In this document: piece by piece, positions 38,183 through 48,200 of the stretch
How the letters are laid out: the number at the start of each line of letters is the position of its first letter
Position numbering within the stretch: position 1 is the stretch's first letter
NCBI GenBank assembly: GCA_028534125.1
Contig: CM052826.1
Coordinates: forward strand, 20,026,001 to 20,090,000
Origin: Lama glama
Lineage: Eukaryota
DNA length: 64,000 bases
Direction: 5' to 3'
Notes under the pieces: model-generated
Told to the model about the DNA's origin: nothing
Databases searched by the model: none
Seen by the model: only the letters and a program-made list of their open reading frames with translations
Position numbers and translations under genes: made by a program

Positions 38183-40329
38183 TAAGAGACACCTTCTCCT
38201 GGAAGCCCTCCCGGGTTTGACACGCTCACTGCCCTCTTCCACCACGCAGTCACGCACCCTTCCTTTCTCCCCCTCGAAACACCGGGAGAGACTGAAGAGG
38301 TGGGGTGGCGAGGTTCTTGCATCACGTTTGCCTTGAGCGCCGGGCTCTGTCCCAGGTGCTGAGGCTCTGCGTTACAGCGCTGGGGAACGGATCTGCGAGG
38401 CCCCGAGGGTGGGCTGGGGTAGGGGGACGAATTGGGGTCCAGTAGGGTCAGGGCTGGGGCTGGGCTGGCATCCCACCTGGGAACTGTTTATGGTCGTTGG
38501 CAGAGCCCCGACTCATTCCTACAGAGTCTGGACCCAGGACTGGCCATGACTGAGGAGCAGCCCTAGGCTCAGGGATCTCCAACCCCGAAAGAAGAACCGA
38601 CACCCTCGGGTCGTGGCTGACATCCGCATGGTTTCCTGTTTATCCCCTAAAGTCAGTGAGAGATGTGGGTTATACCGCAGAGGGGAAGAGGGAGGGAGCG
38701 ATCTGTGACAGGGTCCCCCCAGCACCCAGAGTGGGGGGTGAGACTTCACCCCCAAAACATCCTCTTGTCTAAATTGAGCCTTGGCAGGGACCCAGCACCA
38801 TGTGAGCCCTTGAGCCCCATTTAGGACACGAAGAGCCAGTGGGCACCAGTGTGGACTGGGGCTGGGGTGCGGCCTGCAGAGACCTCAGAAGCTCTGAAAC
38901 ACCAGACTCCATCACAGCCCCACCCTCCATCTGAAACCTTGTCCTATGTCCTCACTGCAGGCCAGCAGGACTTGTTCCAAAACTTTCTCCTCCACCTTCC
39001 TGTGTCCCCATCACTAGGACAGCCCCACTGTCCACACAGACACTCCGGTCATCTTCCATAGCATCTTCTGAGCATCCACTCCTCTCCCATCCTCACAGTC
39101 CTCTCATCTCTAACCTACCTGCTTCTCTCCATCTTCACAGCCACTGTCTCAGGCCACCTCTGGCTCCTGGACCAGATGACATCCCCCTATTGTCCCGCCA
39201 GGTCCCCACCCCCAGGACTCCCGCTGTCTTTGTGCTCCCAGCAGACCCCAGGACTGACTCTCTCCTCCTTAAATTGCTCATCCTCTGGCACTTGGCAAAC
39301 CAGGAAGTGGGTTCAAGGCCCCACAATTAGCTCCAATCAAGGTCAAGAAGGACATTTGGGGGTCCAGAGCAAACAGCCTCAGCCTACCAGGGTCCTTCGT
39401 TCAGCAGACATGTACTGAGGGCTTCCCATCTCCAGCTGGGGACACAGCAGGGCAGATGAGGCAACAGCAGTACCAGCTACCCTGGAGTGCACAGTCTGGT
39501 GACAACCCAGCCAGCCCCCTCCCTGCTTGGTGGGCAGCCTGACCTAGCCCGGGCTGGGAGGCGGAATGCCAGGGAGTGTCAGAGAGTCCTGAGAAGCAGA
39601 GTCCAGCCTGAGGTGGGGAGGCAGCCCATCCAGGAGTTTGGCGTTAGGAGGTCCCCTACTAAGAACGGGGAGGGGGTTAAGGATCAGGGGACACATCTGA
39701 GAGAGGAAGAGCAGGGTGTGTGATGTGTCAAGAAGTCTCTGTCAATATAAGGTGAGGTGCAGAGGGGTGTGGGCTGCAGACTCAGGACCCACGCTGCCTG
39801 GGTTCAAATCCTGGCTCTGTCATTTGTGAGCTGTGTGATCTTGGGAAGTTGCTTAACCTCTCTGTGCTTCATATCCTTCCTCCACAAGACAGCATCGGTA
39901 ACAAAAGCATTTACCTCATAGGGTGGCTGGGAACATTACATGTGCTATGCATCTCAGACACCAAGGCCGGTACCCAGCATGCGCTGCTACTGAATTAGAC
40001 CATATAACAAAATTGGCAGTATTTGGCCAGAATGTTAATTATAGGATGTGTCTTTCTTTTCCTTTTCTCCCTCAATTCCTCCCTCCTTCCTTCTTTTCCT
40101 CTCTCTCCCCACTCTTCCCAGCCACAGCAGCATAATTATTTAGTCACTTAAGTTCAAATCCTGACTCTAGTACTTACCTCCTTCCCCACTTTGGGAAGGT
40201 GGCTTAGAGTCTCTGAACCTGTTTGTTCACCTGAGAGATGGAGATAATCGTGGCACAGACTTCACCAGGTTGTGCGGAGCATCAAAGGAGGCCATGTGTG
40301 AAACGTGGTTATCCAGGTGGCAAGCCCTT

Positions 40330-40486
40330 AATTAGGTCTGTGAAAATAGAAGCAGCGGGTGGGTGAGTCCACTTTCATAAGAAAGTGCCTCACCGAGTTC
40401 AACTCCTCACCGCAGCCTGTGGCCCCTGCCGGCCTCTCCAATTGGCCCCAGCGGACCAAGAGAAGAGCGGCCTGCTCAAAACTCAA
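40330..40486 (+). promoter_or_regulatory. FCER2: probable CD23a promoter and non-coding exon 1, with STAT6-type site
   Basis: TTC-ATAA-GAA (N4 GAS) at 40374-40383; strong donor CAA|GTGAGT at 40486/40487; acceptor of the ATG exon near 42199. Confidence 0.55.
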
Positions 40487-40499
40487 GTGAGTGCGTGAT

Positions 40500-40625
40500 G
40501 TGGTATGGCTGTGTGTCTGTGTGTCTGTGCCTCTGAGTGTGTGACTGTGTGTGAGTAGGTTTGTAAGTGTGTGTGCACATGTGACTCTGTATGTGTGTGT
40601 GCGTGTGTGTGTGTGTGAGAGGGAG

Positions 40626-40660
<35 letters not shown>

Positions 40661-40662
40661 AG
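40500..40662. repeat. compound (GT)n/(GA)n microsatellite
   Basis: Directly visible. Confidence 0.9.
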
Positions 40663-42291
40663 AGCGATCTGGCAATGGGAAGCAGACATCAAAGTCTTCC
40701 TGCAAGAAGTGACCTCTGGGCCGAGTCTCGAGGGGTGACTAGGAGGAGGTCTGCGGGACAGAGGGGCGGCGGGCAGTGGATAGGCATGGACAGGATTGCC
40801 AGGTGTGCAGGGACTTAGTCTGGGGAAGTGAAAGCCAGCCGATTGGCATGACTGAGCAGAAAAGGTGATCTTGGCGGATGCACTGGGGGCTGATCCTGCA
40901 GGACCCCGGAGAGCCATGGAAGGCTGCAAGCAGAGGCAGGAACCCTCACGTTAGAAAGATGAGCGGGCTTCAGGACACTGCTGCCCTGGCCCTCACCAGC
41001 AGACACCTACCAGGAGGCCGTGTCCCCCAGTGGTGAAGCAGATAGGCTCTCACATCATGGGTTCAAGTCCCAGTCCCACTACGGAGTGATATGAACAAAT
41101 TACCCTCTCTGTACCTCAGTTCACCTAATACCCCACCTGTAGATCTACTGAGCACCTACTGTATGCCAGGACTTCGCACACTGCATCATTCTGCGTTGTG
41201 GAGTCAGCACAGTCGCTCACCCCCAGTTTACAGATGAGCAAACTGAGTCACTTGTCCAGGGAGAAGCTAGCACTCAGCCCCAGGTCTGCCCAGCTTGGGC
41301 TCAGGTGTGTCTGGATGATGACACCTCTGGCCTCCTTCAGAATGGCGAAGGACGTGATTGGAGCTGCTGTTAATCAGAGCCTGGCTGCCCCTCATCTCCA
41401 TTTCTCTGAGACTCAGAGAGGGCAAGCAACTTGCCCATAGTCACCCAGCAGGAGGACAGTTGGTGACCCCAAGGCTTGTCTGACCCCAAAGCCCACACTC
41501 TATGGCACCTAGTAGGCATTTCAAAGTCAAGAGACTTTAAGGACGCAGAGGAGGAAGCTGGGGTCTGGGTGACAGTCTGCATTTCCTCACTCGACCTGGC
41601 ACAGAGCAGATGCTTGACAGACATTGAGGATCTGAAGACCCACTGTGTGTAGCTCCGTAAAAAGCCTCATGTACATCCTAATCTCATTTGGTCCTACCCC
41701 GGCCTCACGGTTTGGGTTCCATCATCACCCCCATTTTACAGAGGGGAATACTGAGGCTCAGAAAGTTTGAGTCCTGGGGGAGGTGGTACAGGCAGGAATA
41801 GTTAACAAGACCTGATGATATGGGAGTGCTTACAATATCCCAGGCCTTGTTCAAAGCACTTCAGACATTCATGTAGAGCAGACCATCGCACTACAGTGTA
41901 GGTATTATTAATATTGTCATTTTATGGCTGAAGAAATTGGTTTTGAGGTTCAGCTACTTGCCAAGATCACACATTGATTGAGCACCTGCTGTATGCCTCA
42001 CCTGTGATGGCCTCTGGGATGCCCACCTCTGGCCTCTGACACTCCACCCCAGCTGCATCCCCCAGTTAACTGCAACCTTGCCTCCCACCTGTGGACCAAA
42101 CAAAACCGGCCAGTGGCCACTGAGCTTCTCAAGTCCAAGATGCTGTCCTGTGCCGGTAACTAGGGCCTGACGTCTCACCCTAACCCCAACCCTCGTTAGA
42201 ACCCAGATCCCAGCCAGAGCGGCGACTGTGCCTGGCAAGCGAGCTGCCTTGACAGGTGCTGAGTTCCTGGGAAAGTCCAAGCAGCGCTGCC

Positions 42292-45200
42292 ATGGAGGAA
42301 AGTTCATTCTCAGGTGAGAGAACTGTCTAAAGCCGACTCTGGCAAATGCAAGAGCCCTGACCTCCTACCTCCCCCCAGGAGAGGAGAAGGGCTCCTGGGA
42401 ACCTCTCTGGGAAGAAAAGTAAACTTCTAGCAAAAACCCAGCCTGGGAGGGAGGTGAGCCCAGACTGGCCTTCCCTGGCACAGAGCCAGTCAGGCGAAGG
42501 AAGCAGTGGGCCCCTCCCTTCCCTGACTCAACCCCCTCATGACAACAAAACAGCTCCAATGGGTGCACTAGGAGCCCAGTAGAGAGAAGCTCACGTGGAA
42601 GGGGACTCAGAACAAGGGGAATTCAGCAGGATGACCCCTCACGGCCAGGCTGAGGGGAGGGGGCCCGGGCCCGTGCCGCGGCATCAAGGTAGAGCCCTGG
42701 GGGACCCCAGAGTGGGAGTGAGGGAAGAGCTCTGATACGGAGAAGGTCTGAGACCCAGCGTCTCATGTCTAGGGAAGTTCAGAGCAGGGCACAGGCATCA
42801 GGGTGAGGGCTGGGGTCAGGAGGGAAGGGGGACCCACTCTTCCAGACGTGGGGCTGGGGACCCAGCACTGGGTGGGGGTGGGGTAACTGAATCCTTCCGG
42901 GGGAGGAGGGTCACAGGTGAGAGCTAGGTAGGGGCCCGCCACCTGAGGAGGAGGCCCGTGGAGAAGGGATCTCAGCTCCTGGCCCCAGACCCGTCTCTCT
43001 GGACAGTGACCTGGCCCTGAGCAGGCCACTGGAATGTGGGCAGAAGGAGCGGCTGACGTTGGGCTGGATGGGCAGAGGGACAGACTCAGAGGTGCCCAGA
43101 TGCAGAGATGGACAGACAAAGGGGGGGAGTTGCTAATGGATATGAAAGCAGCATGTGGGGAAAGTGTACAGAGGAGGCTGGGGGTCCACTGAGACCCTCT
43201 GCTTCAGCGTGGGCTCTGGACGTGCTCCCAGGACCCTGGGGCTGTGGGTGACAGAAAGATGGCAGAGCTGGAGCCCAGCCTAACACCGCGCCCCTTGTCA
43301 CTCCCCCAACTCCCAACAGACTTCCCAAAATTTACCAGAAGGCGGCGGTGCTGTAGGAAGGGGTTACAGCTGGCGCTGTTGGGGCTGGTGACTGCAGCTC
43401 TGTGGGCCGGGCTGCTGACTCTGCTTCTCCTGTGGCGTGAGGACACCCCCAGCCCCACATGGCCTCCCTCTTGTGTTCCCTCCCAGATCCCCCCACCCTC
43501 AGATCCTGGGGAGCCCAACAGACCCCTCAGAGCCCAATTTCCCCATCCTGTCTCCCACCGTGACCCCACCATCCCCTTCCCATGCCCGTTCCACCCACCC
43601 TTGAGAGCCCTGTGCCCTGGCCCAGTACCCATCCTTCAGGCACCTCCCACATGGTGTACCCATGGCCTCCATCCCCAGCTGGCAGGTGGGGTGTAGATGG
43701 ATGAGGGCACTTGAAACATCCTTCCTCTCCCCTCCTCTTCTCCCCTCCTCCCCAGATTGGGACACTCTACGAAATCTGAAACAGCTGGAAGAGAATGCGG
43801 CCCGGAACGGTACGGAGGTACCAAGGGGCGGGGTGGGTGAGACCCTAGGCTGTGGTCCTGCCTCGGCCACTCAGTGCTGCGGGCTGCGGGGGGAGGAGCC
43901 GGCTCTAGTTGCCCCCCAGGAGTGGAGGGTCAGTCTGTGCCCACCTCCAGGGGATAAAAACCCAGAGACTCTTGGAGGCGAGGGCTCTGAGGGGTGCCTA
44001 GTGGGGTGTTATGTAAAAGCTCCGTGCCTCAGCTTCCTTGCCAGTAAAATGGGCAGAATTTTAGCCAAGACTTTCAGAATCGAGTCCAGTGAGCTTTTGA
44101 GAAATGCCTGCTGCTTTTCTGTTTAATTCTGGGTCAGGGAAGGGTCCACACGTTCATTCTATCCTTGCCTGCCCTTTCCCGAGTACAGGCAGACCTCGGA
44201 GATATTGCAGGTTTGGTCCAGAATAAAGCCAGCATCTCAGTAAAAGCGAGCCACACGAATACTCTGGTTTCCCAGTACATATAAAAGTTATGTTTACGTT
44301 ACACTGTGTGCAATAGCATTAGTCTAAAAAGTGTACATATCTTAATTTTAAAATACTTTATTACTAAGAAAAAGGATGCTAAGCATGATCAGCGAGAGGT
44401 AATCTGTTTGCTGGCGGAGGGTCTGGCCTTGGCGGTGGCTGACTGACCAGGGGGATGGTCGCTGAAGGTTGGGGTGGCTGCGGCAATTTCTTGAAATCAG
44501 ACAACTATGAAGTCTGCCACATCGATGGACTCTTCCTTTTATGAACAACTCCTCTGTAGCTTGCAGTGCTGTTTTATAACATCTTATCCACATAACTTCT
44601 TTCAAAATTGGAGTCCACCCTCTCAGCCCCTGCTGCCGCTTCATCAGCAAAGTGTATCTGCTGTTCGAAATCTGTGGTTGTCGTTTTCAACAATCTGCAC
44701 AGCGTCTGCACCACGCATAGATTCTGTCCCCAGAAACCACTGTCTTTGCTCCCCCTTAAGAAGCAGCTCCTCATCTGTTAGAGTTTTATCCTGAGATGAC
44801 AGCTGTTTGGGCACATCTTCAGGCTCCACTTTTTTTTTTTTTAGAGTGAAGTATAGCGGCTTTGCAACGTTGTGTTAGTTTCTGGTGCGCAGCATAGTGA
44901 CTCAGTTACACACATACGTATATCTGCTTTCTCATAGTCTTTTTCAGGATAGGTTTTTACAAGCTATTGAATATAGTTCCCTGTGCTATACAGTACGACC
45001 TTGTTGTTTATCTATTTTGTATTTATAGTAGTGTGTATCTGTTAATCCCAAACCCCTAGTTTATCTCTCCCCCCACCATCCCTTTTGGTAACNNNNNNNN
45101 NNNNNNNNNNNNNNNNNNNNNNNNNNNNNNNNNNNNNNNNNNNNNNNNNNNNNNNNNNNNNNNNNNNNNNNNNNNNNNNNNNNNNNNNNNNNNNNNNNNN

Positions 45201-48200
45201 NNNNNNNNNNNNNNNNNNNNNNNNNNNNNGCTGATATCCAGACCTCTTCCCATGACTCACAAATGTTCTTAGTAGCATCTAGAATGGTGAACCCTTTCCA
45301 GAAGGTTCTCGGATGACTTTGCCCAGATCCATCAGAGGAATCATGACCTGTGGCAGCTACAGCCTTACGAAACGTCTTTCTTAAGAATTTTCTTAAGAAT
45401 AAGACTTGAAAGTGGAAATGACTCCTTGATCCCCGGGCTGCAGAATGGATGCCGTGTGAGCAGGCATGGAAGCCACGAGAATCTCACTGTCCGTCTCCGT
45501 CAGGGCTCTGGGGTGACCAGGTGCATGGTCGATGAGCAGTCATATTTTGAAAGGAAATTTTTTTCTGAGCAGCAGGTCTCAATCTCGGGCTTAAAATACT
45601 CAGTAAACCGTGTTGGAAATAGATGTGCTGTCTTCCGGGTTTTGTTGTTCTATTTATAGAGCTCGGGCAGAGTAGACTTAGCATCGTTCTGAAGGGCGCT
45701 AGGACTCGGGGAGGTAAATGAGCAGTGGCTTCACCTGCAAGGCCCCGGCTGCACTGGCCGCGAACAAGAGAGTCAGCCTGTCCCGTGAAGCTTGGAAGCC
45801 AGCCACTGACTTCTCTCTAACTATGGATGCCCTCGATGGCATCTTCTTCCAATAATAGAAGGCTGTTTCTTCTACAGTGAAAAATCTCTTGTTTATGTAG
45901 CCACCTCTGTTTATTACCTTAGCTAGATCGTCTGAATGATCATCAGGTAAACGTCAGCCCTTGCCGCTTCCCCTTGACTTTCCTGTTACGGAGACAGCTT
46001 CTTTCCTTAAAACTTATGCACCAACCTCTGCTGGCTTCACACTTTTCTTCTGCAGCTTCCCCTCCTCTCTCAGCCTTCAAAGAACAGAGGAGAGTTTGGG
46101 CCTGGCTCCGGATGAGGCTTTGGCTTGAGGGAGTTTTGTGGCTGGTTTGACTTTCTGCCCAGACCGCTCCAACTTCCTCCACCTCAACTCTGAGGCTTTT
46201 CACTTCCTTAGCCTTCCTGTCTTTACCGGAGCAGCCTTCTTAACTTCCTTCAAGAACTTTCCCCTTGCCTTCACAACTCGGTTGCTTGGCGCAAGAGACC
46301 CAGCCTTCAGCCTCTCTCGGCTTTGGGCCTGCCCTCCTCACTCGGCTTCATCACTTCTTACTTAGCTTTTGATTTCAAGTGAGAGACGTCCGACTCTCCC
46401 TCTCACTCGGACACTTAGAGGCCACAGTAGGGCTATTCACTGGCCTAATTTCAATGCTGCTGTGTCTCGGGGACTGGGGAGGCCCGAGGGAGGGAGGGAG
46501 ACGGGGAAGTGCCGGAACTTTCATTGATTAAGTTCAGCGTCTTCTATGGGCGTGGTTCATGGTTCCCTGAAACAATTTCAGGAGTAACATCAAAGATCGC
46601 TGATCACTGATCACCATAGCAAATATAATCATAATGAAAAAGTTTGAGACATTACAAAAATTACCAAAATGTGACACAGAGACCAAAAGGGAGCAACTGC
46701 TGTTGGAAAAATGGCGCTGAAAGACTTGCTTAACACCTGGTTGCCACAAACCTTCGATTTGTAAAAAATGCAGTATCTGCTCAATGAAACAAATACTTGT
46801 GCCTCAGAAATTAAAAACAAAAGCCGTGGCCATCGTGGCCCTGTGAGCTGGGGACCTGCACTTGGGGTTGGTGTCTTGGGGACTCAGGGACCTGCCTTCC
46901 TGGTTCCCAAGGACACGTGCCTTCTCTCCCACTGCCCCAGTCACTCAGGTCTCCAAGGATTTGGAAAGACACAAGGGTGACGAGATGGCTCAGAAATCCC
47001 AGGGTGAGTGAGCTCAGCTCAGGGTCCAGGGAAAGGAGAGGAGGTGGGGATGGATGAGCAGATGGGACCAGGCTCTAGACCACTACAAACTGCACAGTGA
47101 GCAGCTGACCCTAAAGACTCAGGCCAAGGGGGGTTGGTGGGGGCGAGTCTGAGAACTTGCCTCCCACTGAGCCCCTCCCCTGCGACCAGCTGCCCAGATG
47201 TTGCAGAACATGGAGAAGATCCAAGCTGAACAGAAGAGAATGGAATCTCAGGGTGAGAGTTGGGGCGGGGATGGGGGTGCTGTGGAGCTGGGGGCCAGGC
47301 TGGGGGACTCTCAGCCCCACAGGCATCATCCCTGACACCAGTCCTGCCCACCCCCCCCACCAGAGTCTGAGCTCTTCCAGAACCTGGATGGTCTTCGTGC
47401 TGATCTGAGCAACCTGAAATCTCTGAGTGAGCCTTGGGAGGGGCGGCGGGAAGGCGGGGGGGCCAGGGAGGTATGCCTGCTCTTGTGCCTCCCAAAGTGA
47501 AAGCACTTTGTCCCTGCTTCCTGCCCCTCCACCAACAACCCAACCACTCAAGATATGAACGAGAGACGCACGGCCTTGGAGTCCCTGGAAAGACTGCAGG
47601 AGGAGATACAGAAGCTGTGGGTAGAGCTGCGTGAGTCCAACGGTGAGTGTGTGCGTCCGTGCTGGCGGGGGTGTTGTGCACACGTGTGACAACGCGGGTG
47701 TGTTCCAATGTGCAGTAGAGGTGTGTGCATGACGACGTGGATGGATCTGTGCTGACGCGTGTGTCAGGGCTGACGGGGGCCACACGAGTAAGCCCTTTCA
47801 GATTCCAACAGTCCCCTCCACCGGCCTGGGTAGGGGACTCCCACACTTTTTTCTCCTCCGAGTAAAAGCTGTCCCACCATCGCTGGGTTCTCTTCCCTGA
47901 TCTCTCCTCTGCCGTCTCCGCTCAGCAGACGGCCGTGGGGAGGACGCCCTTGGCCACAGCCCTCCCGGAGGATTGCCCGACCCAGCCAGGGGGCCGGAGG
48001 GGGGGTCACCCCTGCAGCAGTGGGGACACTGGGGACCACGGCGTCTTCCCCAGGGGTGGCACTGATGGAGGCAATGCTGGCAAGTTACGAGGGTTGTGGG
48101 GGTGTCCCCAGCAGGCCAGCGGACTGCAGAAAGAGCAGATAGTCAATTGCTGTGCCTTTAACCTGGGGTGGAATTTGGGTGTTACAGCCCTGAAGTCCCT

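Noticed and set aside
25100-40300. Additional C-type lectin gene or pseudogene between CLEC4G and FCER2
   Set aside because: No WIGL/EPN/WND-type exon recognised by eye; a tblastn search would be needed to exclude decayed remnants.
42887-42916. CTG AAT CCT TCC...CAG|GTGAG as the CD23b exon
   Set aside because: No ATG, and the donor would be phase 0 whereas exon 3 needs phase 1; the 42631 site fits better.
44348-46203. Functional transposase or domesticated TIGD-like gene
   Set aside because: The Tigger1 ORF is fragmented by stops, frameshifts, an L1 insertion and a gap.
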